DNA of 32,000 nucleotides. Source: Hymenobacter metallilatus (lineage in GTDB: Bacteria > Bacteroidota > Bacteroidia > Cytophagales > Hymenobacteraceae). Of this stretch, positions 23,833 through 31,537 are shown in pieces; positions within the stretch are counted from its first letter, which is position 1, and each line of letters starts with the position of its first letter. A program made the translations under genes and the position numbers. The notes beneath the pieces are model-generated. The model was not told the DNA's origin and did not search any database. It saw only the letters and a list, made by a program, of their open reading frames with translations. The DNA lies in NCBI RefSeq assembly GCF_003944705.1, contig NZ_RWIS01000011.1:155253-187252 (forward strand), written 5' to 3'.

Positions 23833-24459
23833 GTGAAAAAAATACCGCTCGAAATCCTGGGCCTCTCGTCCAGCCAGTCGCAGTCGGGTTCTTTCGCCCT
23901 CATCCTGGGTGAAAAAACCGGCAACCGGCGTCTGCCGATCATTATCGGCATGTTTGAGGCGCAGAGTATTGCCATCCAGATAGAGAAAATCAACCCGAAC
24001 CGGCCCCTCACCCACGACCTGTTCAAGTCGTTTGCCGAGCAGGTGCACGTGGCGGTGCTTGAAGTACTGATTTCCGATTTGAAGGAAGGCGTTTTTTACT
24101 CCAAAATTGTGTGCTCCGATGGAGCCACCACTTTCGAGTTGGATTCACGCCCTTCTGATGCCATTGCCATTGGTTTACGCTTCGGGGTACCCATTTTTAC
24201 GGTGGAAAGCGTGCTGAGCGAAGCCGGCATTATCCTGTCGGACCTCGACGAAAACGCTGAGGACTCTGATGAGGATGACGACGACGATGAGGATGATGAC
24301 TCCGGCGACCGGCCGGTGCCGTCGCCCGCCGAGCCCAAGGAGCCCAGCGGCCAGGTGTCGTTGGATGAGCTAACCAAAATGCTGGCCCAGGCCCTGGAGC
24401 GTGAGGATTACGAAAAAGCTGCCAAAATCCGGGACGAACTCAACAAGCGCAACGGCTAA
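23833..24459 (+). CDS. Bifunctional nuclease (DUF151/BFN) family protein with C-terminal UVR motif
   Basis: I chose the GTG start at 23833 (VKKIPLEILGLS..). Motifs RRLPIIIG.FEAQSIA and RPLTHDL, an acidic linker, and the C-terminal EDYEKAAKIRDELNKR UVR-like helix. Confidence 0.8.
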   Translation: MKKIPLEILGLSSSQSQSGSFALILGEKTGNRRLPIIIGMFEAQSIAIQIEKINPNRPLTHDLFKSFAEQVHVAVLEVLISDLKEGVFYSKIVCSDGATTFELDSRPSDAIAIGLRFGVPIFTVESVLSEAGIILSDLDENAEDSDEDDDDDEDDDSGDRPVPSPAEPKEPSGQVSLDELTKMLAQALEREDYEKAAKIRDELNKRNG

Positions 24460-24546
24460 CGAGCTGTTCCTGCGAGGACGCCAGGCATTCCGCCGGGCAG
24501 GCGGTATCAGTCCGTCCTTTCCCAAGCGCCAAGCCTTAATCTATGC

Positions 24547-24582
24547 AAAAGCCCCTACCGTGTAAAGCGGTAGGGGCTTTTG
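24547..24582 (+). terminator. Rho-independent terminator after the nuclease gene
   Basis: Perfect 14-bp stem AAAAGCCCCTACCG / CGGTAGGGGCTTTT with a 7-nt loop. The T-run forms part of the 3' arm. Confidence 0.8.
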
Positions 24583-24599
24583 AGTGTAGGGCCACACCA

Positions 24600-24684
24600 C
24601 TTCACGTCTCGGCCTCGGCGCGTGCTGGTGTTGTTGAGGTGACACTGGTCAAACACGAGACGCGCGGTGTCGCGTCTCTGCAAC
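24600..24684. repeat. Degenerate GAGACGCG-family element
   Basis: Intact hairpin GAGACGCG-cggtgt-CGCGTCTC at 24657-24678. The left part, CGTCTCGGCCTCGGCGCGTGCTG, resembles the reverse complement of 10691-10710. Confidence 0.6.
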
Positions 24685-24820
24685 TGTTCTGGTACCAGGA
24701 GATTCTCATATTCGGTTGATTACAGCGCTGAGAAGGACAAATTAGCGGCGCCGCCGGTACGCAATGACAGAAGCTGAACCCGCCGTACCTTTCTGCCCGC
24801 ATCAACCTCCCAACTTCTGC

Positions 24821-25372
24821 ATGGAAACTCCCGTCACTCCCGACCTGCGCTACCCCATCGGCCACCCCGTACTACCCGACGAGGCCCTTGACCGGGGTGC
24901 CCGGACGGCCTACCTGGCCCACCTGGCTACGTTGCCCGACCAGGTACGGGCGGCCGTGGCTGGCCTCACGCCCGAGCAGCTGGATACCCCCTATCGGCCT
25001 GAGGGCTGGACAGTACGCCAGGTAATCCATCATCTGCCCGATTCTCACCTGAACGCTTATACCCGCTTCCGGCTGGCTCTCACCGAGGAAAACCCCACCA
25101 TCAGGCCCTACAACGAGGCCGCCTGGGCCGAGTTGCCCGATGTGGCCACTACCCCGCCGGCCGTGTCGCTGGCGCTGCTGGAGGCGCTGCACATCCGCTG
25201 GGTGCGGCTGCTGCGGGGCCTTACTGATGCGCAGTGGCAGCGCACGTTCCTGCACCCCGAATCCAAACGCACCTACACGCTCGATCAGGCACTGGTACTG
25301 TACTCCTGGCACGGCCGGCACCACCTGGCCCACATCGGCAGCCTGGTGCAGCGCGAAGGATGGCGGCAGTAG
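24821..25372 (+). CDS. DinB/YfiT-family putative metal-dependent hydrolase (bacillithiol-transferase-like)
   Basis: DLRYPIG start (ATG at 24821), LDTPYRPEGWTVRQVIHHL.DSH.N.Y.RF.LAL.E, and the YSWHGRHHLAHI His triad. Confidence 0.85.
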   Translation: METPVTPDLRYPIGHPVLPDEALDRGARTAYLAHLATLPDQVRAAVAGLTPEQLDTPYRPEGWTVRQVIHHLPDSHLNAYTRFRLALTEENPTIRPYNEAAWAELPDVATTPPAVSLALLEALHIRWVRLLRGLTDAQWQRTFLHPESKRTYTLDQALVLYSWHGRHHLAHIGSLVQREGWRQ

Positions 25373-25378
25373 ATTTTT

Positions 25379-25476
25379 AGACATGAGACGGTGAGACATG
25401 AGAAGTGAGACTTCCGTTCTTGCGTAGGGGCCAATGAACAGAAGTCTCACTTCTCATGTCTCACCGTCTCATGTCT
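25379..25476. terminator. Perfect 36-bp inverted repeat between convergent stop codons (bidirectional terminator-like element)
   Basis: 25379-25414 is the exact reverse complement of 25441-25476, with a 26-nt loop. It lies between the stop codons at 25370-25372 and 25477-25479. Confidence 0.8.
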
Positions 25477-26286
25477 CTAAATATTAATAGCTTCGTCGGT
25501 GGTAGCGGCGGCGAGGCCGCCTTCGGTTTCGTCATCTACCTTCTTGGCGGCGCGCACGAGGCTGCTGCTAAAGATAAATTCTTTGAGCTCGGGTACCTGG
25601 GCGTTGAGAATTTCGTCTTTGTTACCGTCCCAAAGCTTCTGGCCCTTATAAAGAAAAATGATATGGTCCCCGATTTCGATAACGGAGTTCATATCGTGGG
25701 TTACTACTACGGTGGTAATGCCGTATTCGTGGGTGATTTCGTGGATTAGCTCGTCGATTTTGATGCTGGTGAGCGGGTCGAGGCCCGAGTTGGGCTCGTC
25801 GCAGAACAGGTAAGTGCAGTTGGGTGCAATGGCGCGGGCAATACCCACCCGCTTCTTCATGCCGCCCGATATTTCAGAAGGCATTTTAGTGCCGGCATTT
25901 TCCAGCCCTACCCGCTTCAGGCAAAACTCCACCCGGTCGCGCCGCTCTTCCCGGCTCATTTCCGGCGTCAGCATCTTCAAAGGAAACTCTACATTTTCAT
26001 ACACTGTCATGGAGTCGAACAGGGCCGAGCCCTGGAACAGCATCCCAATCTTGCGCCTGATTTCCTGGCGAATCTGCACTTTGTTGTTGGTGAACACCGT
26101 GCCATCGAAGGTAATGCTGCCTAAATCAGGCTTCATAAGGCCTACAATACACTGCAACAGGACCGATTTGCCCGTACCGGAGCCCCCCAACAGCAGATTA
26201 CACTTGCCCGTTTCGAAGGTGCAGGTGATGCCCTTGAGTATCTGGTTGCCGTCGAAGGATTTCTGAACGTTATGGACTTCAATCAT
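25477..26286 (-). CDS. ABC transporter ATP-binding protein, MlaF-like
   Basis: Walker A GGSGTGKS, signature SGGMKKR, Walker B LFCDEP. It is adjacent to an MlaE-like permease gene. Confidence 0.92.
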   Translation of the reverse strand: MIEVHNVQKSFDGNQILKGITCTFETGKCNLLLGGSGTGKSVLLQCIVGLMKPDLGSITFDGTVFTNNKVQIRQEIRRKIGMLFQGSALFDSMTVYENVEFPLKMLTPEMSREERRDRVEFCLKRVGLENAGTKMPSEISGGMKKRVGIARAIAPNCTYLFCDEPNSGLDPLTSIKIDELIHEITHEYGITTVVVTHDMNSVIEIGDHIIFLYKGQKLWDGNKDEILNAQVPELKEFIFSSSLVRAAKKVDDETEGGLAAATTDEAINI

Positions 26287-26382
26287 GGGGTAAAAGGATA
26301 ATGGATGCAGGATAATGGATGCAGGATGAGAGACACCATTGAACGACAGTCCTTCATCCTACTACCCTAATCCTTTATCCTA
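26287..26382. repeat. GGAT-rich strand-skewed palindromic element, copy 2 (mlaE-mlaF spacer)
   Basis: Tandem AGGATAATGGATGC x2 (26295-26322). The right arm AGTCCTTCATCC...ATCCTTTATCCTAC shares both end blocks with 15821-15863, and its CTA is the mlaE stop codon. Confidence 0.85.
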
Positions 26383-27111
26383 CAACAACAACGCCGCCAG
26401 GACGAAATCGGCAATGAGAATGGCAATAATGGAGTTGTTTACGGCCGTGGTGCTGGCATTGCCCACTTCCAAAGCTCCCCCCTGGGTATAAAACCCTTTG
26501 AAGGAGGATATAGCCGATACCAAAAACGCAAATACCACCGATTTAATCAGGGCAAAAACGATGTTGTAAGGAATAAAGTCGGTGCGGATGCCTTCCACAT
26601 ATTCCTGGGCCGACAGGGCCCCGGTGAGGGAGCCCGCCAGATACCCCCCAATGATGGACAGCGCCATGGCCAGAATCACGAGCAGCGGGAACATGAGCAT
26701 GGAGGCCAGAATGCGCGGAAATACCAGGTAAGATGCCGAGTTGATGCCCATTACCTCCAGTGCCGAAACCTGCTCGGTAATGCGCATGGTGCCCAGGCCG
26801 CCCGCAATGCTGGAGCCCACCTTGCCTGCCAGCACAATGCTGGTAATGGTAGGGGCCAACTCCAGAATGGTCATTTCGCGCACCATATAGCCAATGGTAC
26901 TTTTGGGAATGAGCGGGTTGGTGAGGTTATAGGCAATCTGCACGCAGGTAACGGCGCCAATAAATGCCGATACAATGGCGACAATGAAGATGGAGTTGAT
27001 GCCAATAACGATGCACTCATCCAAGGTGCGCTGCCAGAGCACCGTCAGGCGTTCTTTTCGCGTAAGCATGCTCTGAAGGAAGAGCAGGAATTCACCGAAG
27101 GCTTTGACCAT
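26380..27111 (-). CDS. MlaE-family ABC transporter permease
   Basis: ATG at 27111 (MVKAFGEFLLF..). Multi-TM, with the MlaE-like blocks GINSIFIV, EL.PT.T..VLAGKVGS..A..LGTM..TEQ..ALE.MG.N. Confidence 0.88.
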   Translation of the reverse strand: MVKAFGEFLLFLQSMLTRKERLTVLWQRTLDECIVIGINSIFIVAIVSAFIGAVTCVQIAYNLTNPLIPKSTIGYMVREMTILELAPTITSIVLAGKVGSSIAGGLGTMRITEQVSALEVMGINSASYLVFPRILASMLMFPLLVILAMALSIIGGYLAGSLTGALSAQEYVEGIRTDFIPYNIVFALIKSVVFAFLVSAISSFKGFYTQGGALEVGNASTTAVNNSIIAILIADFVLAALLL

Positions 27112-27227
27112 ACAATCGAAAAACAAAAGGAAAAGCGAAACTTGCAGCCTCGTAAATGCCAGCCGGCAATTTGCCCGGTGAAGGTAGCCGTTGTGCTTAC
27201 GTAAAAACTGCTTCAGCAATCAAAGGA

Positions 27228-27938
27228 ATGCAAAAAAATATCGTTGTCACGGGAGGTACCAAAGGAATTGGGCGGGCGCTGGTATTCCGGTTTCTGCGGG
27301 CCGGTTATCCGGTAGTCACCTGTGCCCGCTCCGCCCCCGACCTGGAGGCGCTGCAAACGGCCGCTGCTGAGCTGGTGCCGGGTGCCGTGCTGCACACCCA
27401 CGCCGCCGACTTGAGCCAGCGCCCCGATACCGTGCGGTTCACGGAACTGGTAAACAGCCTGGGGCCGGTAGAGGTACTGATCAACAACACGGGCGCTTTT
27501 GTGCCGGGGCGGTTGCAGGAGGAGCCCCTAGATGGCTCGCAGCTGCGCCGGATGCTGGACGTGAACCTGCTCAGCGCCTACGATGTAACGCAGGCCCTGC
27601 TGCCGGGGCTTTTGGCCCAGCGGAGCGGCTATATCTTCAACATCTGTTCCACGGCCAGCATTACGGCCTACCCCAATGGCGGCTCCTACGGTATTGCCAA
27701 GCACGCGCTGCTGGGCTTCACCCGCAACCTGCGCGAGGAGCTGAAAGACGCGGGCATTCGGGTAACGGCTGTACTGCCGGGGGCTACCCTCACGGCCAGT
27801 TGGGAGGGCGTGGACCTACCCGCCGAGCGGTTCATCCGGGCCGAAGACATAGCAGAGGCTATTTTTGGGGCGTTTTCCCTGTCGCCGCAGGCGGTGGTGG
27901 AGGAATTGCTGATTCGGCCACAGCTGGGAGATATTTAG
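27228..27938 (+). CDS. Short-chain dehydrogenase/reductase
   Basis: ATG at 27228. TGGTKGIG cofactor motif, NNTG, and catalytic S...YGIAKHA (YxxxK). Confidence 0.9.
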   Translation: MQKNIVVTGGTKGIGRALVFRFLRAGYPVVTCARSAPDLEALQTAAAELVPGAVLHTHAADLSQRPDTVRFTELVNSLGPVEVLINNTGAFVPGRLQEEPLDGSQLRRMLDVNLLSAYDVTQALLPGLLAQRSGYIFNICSTASITAYPNGGSYGIAKHALLGFTRNLREELKDAGIRVTAVLPGATLTASWEGVDLPAERFIRAEDIAEAIFGAFSLSPQAVVEELLIRPQLGDI

Positions 27939-27943
27939 GGCGC

Positions 27944-28705
27944 TTATTCGGCCTGTACTTTGCCCTTGCCAGTGGTGCTGAGCTCAATTCGGGCTGGTGC
28001 TGGTGGCCTGAAATAGATAGTGCCGATGCCCGCGTGGAAACCCGCCAGAAGCTCCGAGGCGCGGGTGTGCAGGTTGCCGTTGCTGTCGAAGTTGGTTTGC
28101 AGGTACAGGTTCTGTACCGGAAAATCGGCTGCATACAGGCTGCCGTTGCCGCCCAGTGTATGGTGCAGCTCTTGGGCTGAACCCGATAGGTAGATGTCGC
28201 CCAGCTCGTACTGGCTCATGCCCACGTAGGTGCTGCGCAGGTGCAGGTGGTAGTCGCCGGAGCCGATGAGGTGAAAGAAGATGGTATCCTGGCTGAACGG
28301 ACCTTCGGTGCGGATATCGGCCTGGCCGCGCAGGAAGGTGCTGGTAATGTGGGGCGTATGCAGCCGTACCTCCCGGGGCGTGTTGTAGCGGCGCACCCAG
28401 TTGCAACGGCTGGTATTGCGGATAACCAGCTCCTCGCCTTTAACTTCCAGGCGTATATCGTCCTGCAGGTTTTTGCCGGCCCGCACCTCGGCGTAGGTTT
28501 CCTGGTCTTGCACCAGTGTCACCTGCACGTTGTCGTAGGTGGTCAGCACGCGAAAGGGCGGGAGGCTGCGGCGCTCCGTCACAATGTTGCCGGTACTGGT
28601 AAAGCAGCCGGCTTCGTTTTCCTTGCTGCAGCCGGACAGCAGGAGTGTGGCCGCGCCAGCATACGCAAGGCCGCGCAAAACCCGGCTGAGCCCACTAACT
28701 TGCAT
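27944..28705 (-). CDS. Lipoprotein with DUF2807 / head GIN (putative auto-transporter adhesin head) domain
   Basis: ATG at 28705 gives the lipobox LLLSGCS. Repetitive beta-strand pattern with GSGD/GNGS/GIGT turns. The track ORF's upstream extension lacks coding support. Confidence 0.7.
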   Translation of the reverse strand: MQVSGLSRVLRGLAYAGAATLLLSGCSKENEAGCFTSTGNIVTERRSLPPFRVLTTYDNVQVTLVQDQETYAEVRAGKNLQDDIRLEVKGEELVIRNTSRCNWVRRYNTPREVRLHTPHITSTFLRGQADIRTEGPFSQDTIFFHLIGSGDYHLHLRSTYVGMSQYELGDIYLSGSAQELHHTLGGNGSLYAADFPVQNLYLQTNFDSNGNLHTRASELLAGFHAGIGTIYFRPPAPARIELSTTGKGKVQAE

Positions 28706-28739
28706 CTTTAAATCTGACCACACCATATAACCCAGGCCT

Positions 28740-29432
28740 ATGGACCTCAGCGGCAAGGTAGCCATTATCACAGGCGTCAGCAAAGGTATTGGGCGGGCCA
28801 CGGCCGAGCTGTTGCTGGCCAAAGGCATGGTAGTAGCCGGCTGGGGCCGCACCGCCCCCAATGAGTTCAAGCATCCGCGCTTCCACTTTATCCGGTGCGA
28901 CATTCGCAAGGAAGCCGACGTGCAGAAGGCCTACGACGCCACCGTGAAGGCTGCGGGGCCGGAAATCCACGTACTGGTGAACAACGCCGGCCTCGGTAAT
29001 TTTGGACCAGTTGACGGGTTTTCATCGGAGCAGTGGCACCAGATGTTCGATACCAACGTGCACGGGCTGTTTTACTGCACCCGCGCCGTGTTGCCCGCCA
29101 TGAAAAAGCAGCAGCTGGGTCACATCATCAACGTGGCGTCGTTGGCCGGTACGGCGGGCACCGCCAACCTGGCTGGCTACTGCGCCACCAAGTACGCCGT
29201 GCGCGGCTTCTCCGATGCCCTGTTCAAGGAAGTGCGCCCCCAGGGCGTGCGCGTGACCTGCCTGATGCCCGGCTCGGTGGAAACCAACTTCAACGGCAAT
29301 GAGCCCGGCCAGCAGCCCGACCCGCATAAAATGCAGCCCGAAGATGTGGCCGCCACCATCGTGCACGCGCTGGAAGCCCCGCAGACCGTATTGCTCTCGG
29401 AAATCCAAATGCGCCCGACGCAGGTGAAGTGA
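28740..29432 (+). CDS. Short-chain dehydrogenase/reductase
   Basis: TGVSKGIG, NNAG, and catalytic S...YCATKYA. Confidence 0.9.
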   Translation: MDLSGKVAIITGVSKGIGRATAELLLAKGMVVAGWGRTAPNEFKHPRFHFIRCDIRKEADVQKAYDATVKAAGPEIHVLVNNAGLGNFGPVDGFSSEQWHQMFDTNVHGLFYCTRAVLPAMKKQQLGHIINVASLAGTAGTANLAGYCATKYAVRGFSDALFKEVRPQGVRVTCLMPGSVETNFNGNEPGQQPDPHKMQPEDVAATIVHALEAPQTVLLSEIQMRPTQVK

Positions 29433-29455
29433 GTTGCCGATTGATGACAACCAGT

Positions 29456-29571
29456 AGAACGTCATTCCGAGCGTAGTGTGACGGAGCCGAGGAATCTCGC
29501 GTGCTGACGTTGAAATTACTATTGCAACCTCAGCACGCGAGATTCCTCGGCTCCGCTCGGAATGACGTTCT
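29456..29571. repeat. GTCATyCTGAGC-family palindromic element (SDR-gldA spacer)
   Basis: 16-bp outer arms 29456-29471 / 29556-29571 and 26-bp inner arms 29482-29507 / 29530-29555. The left arm carries a 10-nt extra block. Confidence 0.9.
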
Positions 29572-29596
29572 GATAGAACTAGACCAAAGTACTCAC

Positions 29597-30505
29597 ATGG
29601 TAGAAATAACCAACCTCACCAAAATCTTCGGCCCGCAAACGGCCGTGGACAACGTCAGCTTCTCGGTCGGGAAGGGCGAAATCCTGGGGTTTCTGGGGCC
29701 GAACGGGGCCGGTAAGTCCACCACCATGAAAATTGCCACCGGCTACCTGCCGCCCTCGGCCGGCACGGTAGTAGTGGATGGTTTCGATGTGCAGACCGAT
29801 CCGCTGGAAGTACGCCGCCGGGTGGGCTACCTGCCTGAGCATAATCCGCTGTACCTGGATATGTACGTGCACGAGTACCTCGAATTCATTGGCTCGGTGC
29901 ACGGGCTGGGCGGCAGCGCGCTGCGCCAGCGGGTGCGGCAGCTGGTGGATCGGGTGGGGCTGGGACGCGAGCAGAACAAGCAGATCGGAGCCCTCTCGAA
30001 AGGCTACCGCCAGCGCGTGGGCTTGGCCCAGGCCCTCATCCACGACCCCGGCGTGCTCATCCTCGACGAGCCCACCACCGGCCTCGACCCCAACCAGATT
30101 GGCGAAATCCGCAGCCTGATTCGGGAGCTGGGCCAGGACAAAACGGTCATTTTCAGCACCCACATTCTGCCCGAGGTGGAAGCGTTGTGCAGCCGCGCGG
30201 TCATCATCAACCGGGGCCGCCTCGTGGCCGACTCACCCGTATCGGAGCTGGGAGCCCGCGCCGCCGGCGAAACCATCATCCGCGCCGAGTTCGAGCAGGC
30301 CATCGACGTTGCCCCGCTGCGGGCGTTGCCGGGCGTGCTGGCCGTGGAGGCCGAAACTGGCCACACCTACCGCATCCGGGCCCGCCCCGGCGCCGACCAG
30401 CGCGGGGCCATTTCGCGCCTCGCCGCCGCCCAGGGCTGGGTGCTGCTGGGCCTCCGTCAGGAAGAACAGAGCCTGGAGCAGGTGTTTCAGGAGCTGACCA
30501 GATGA
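29597..30505 (+). CDS. gldA: Gliding-motility ABC transporter ATP-binding protein
   Basis: ATG at 29597. Walker A GPNGAGKST, signature LSKGYRQR, Walker B LILDEP. It is followed by gldF- and gldG-like genes. Confidence 0.88.
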   Translation: MVEITNLTKIFGPQTAVDNVSFSVGKGEILGFLGPNGAGKSTTMKIATGYLPPSAGTVVVDGFDVQTDPLEVRRRVGYLPEHNPLYLDMYVHEYLEFIGSVHGLGGSALRQRVRQLVDRVGLGREQNKQIGALSKGYRQRVGLAQALIHDPGVLILDEPTTGLDPNQIGEIRSLIRELGQDKTVIFSTHILPEVEALCSRAVIINRGRLVADSPVSELGARAAGETIIRAEFEQAIDVAPLRALPGVLAVEAETGHTYRIRARPGADQRGAISRLAAAQGWVLLGLRQEEQSLEQVFQELTR

Positions 30506-30509
30506 AGAA

Positions 30510-30623
30510 GAACGTCATGCTGAGCGAAGCCGAAGCATCTCTACCGCTTCGTTGTAATGGTAAGTAAGTAGTCAGAGGTAGAGATGCTTCAACTACGCCT
30601 CCGGCTCCGCTCAGCATGACATT
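30510..30623. repeat. GTCATyCTGAGC-family palindromic element, decayed (gldA-gldF spacer)
   Basis: GAACGTCATGCTGAGCGAAGCC... / ...GGCTCCGCTCAGCATGAC. The left arm lacks a 12-nt block that is present in the right arm and in the 20376 copy. Confidence 0.85.
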
Positions 30624-30673
30624 GTGCTTGCTTTTGATTATCCCATTACCCCATCATCACATCACCAGCCTAG

Positions 30674-31399
30674 ATGCTCGCCATCCTTCGCAAAGAATTT
30701 AACAGCTTCCTGAACTCGCCCGTAGCCTACGTGGTGCTGGGGGTGTTTCTGGTGGCTACCGGCCTGTTCGTGTGGGTGTTCCCCGACAGCTCGGTGCTCG
30801 ACTACGGGTTTGCCGATTTGCAGACGCTATTCAACATTGCCCCCTGGATTTTCCTGTTCCTGATTCCGGCCCTCACCATGCGCACATTTGCCGAGGAAAA
30901 GAAAGCCGGCACCATGGAGCTGCTACTCACCCGCCCGCTCACCGACGGCCAGATCATCGGGGGCAAGTACCTGGCCTGCCTGCTACTGGCGTTGCTGGCG
31001 TTGGTGCCTACGCTGCTCTACTACTACTCGGTGTACCAGCTGGGCAACCCCGCCGGCAACATCGACTCGGCCGCGACGGTGGGCTCCTACCTGGGGTTGG
31101 CGCTGCTGGCAGCCGTGTTTGCGGCCATCGGGGTGCTGGCCTCGGCCCTGACGCGCGACCAGATTGTGGCCTTTTTGGTGGCCGTGGTGGGTTGCTTTCT
31201 GGTGTACTCCGGCTTCGATTCGCTGGCCTCGGTGTTTGATGGCGGTCTGGCCTATTACATCGGGCAGCTGGGCATTGCCGCCCACTACCGCGACCTGGCC
31301 AAGGGCCTCATCGACTCCCGCGACCTGCTGTACTTCCTGAGCCTGATTGCCGGCTGCCTGCTGGCCACGCGCCTGGTGCTGCAAAGCCGCAACTGGTAA
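30674..31399 (+). CDS. gldF: Gliding-motility ABC transporter permease
   Basis: 241 aa ABC-2-type permease with MLAILRKEFNSF.NSP.AYVV N-terminus. It lies between the gldA- and gldG-like genes. Confidence 0.88.
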   Translation: MLAILRKEFNSFLNSPVAYVVLGVFLVATGLFVWVFPDSSVLDYGFADLQTLFNIAPWIFLFLIPALTMRTFAEEKKAGTMELLLTRPLTDGQIIGGKYLACLLLALLALVPTLLYYYSVYQLGNPAGNIDSAATVGSYLGLALLAAVFAAIGVLASALTRDQIVAFLVAVVGCFLVYSGFDSLASVFDGGLAYYIGQLGIAAHYRDLAKGLIDSRDLLYFLSLIAGCLLATRLVLQSRNW

Positions 31400-31406
31400 C
31401 ACTATA

Positions 31407-31512
31407 CCGTCATCCTGAGCATTCCGCGCATCGAGCGGCGTCGAAGGACCTTTTCACGCTGGAACGAATTATTCTCACGCGGTAAGGTCCTTCGCTTCCC
31501 TCAGGATGACAG
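31407..31512. repeat. GTCATCCTGAGC-family palindromic element, decayed (gldF-gldG spacer)
   Basis: CCGTCATCCTGAGCATTCCGCGCATCGAGCGGCGTCGAAGGACC / GGTCCTTCGCTTCCCTCAGGATGACAG. The left arm resembles 21263-21304, and the right arm has an internal deletion. Confidence 0.8.
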
Positions 31513-31537
31513 CTGATTTCTTGTAACTCGCCACGCT

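Noticed and set aside
24255-24310. Acidic low-complexity run (EDSDEDDDDDEDDDSGD) in the bifunctional nuclease gene
   Set aside because: It is an in-frame linker between the nuclease domain and the UVR motif. Such acidic linkers are common in this family and are not a separate feature.
27944-28909. 321-aa version of the GIN-domain ORF overlapping the divergent SDR gene start
   Set aside because: The upstream 68 codons overlap the 28740 SDR gene region and lack coding character. A lipoprotein signal peptide begins at the ATG at 28705.
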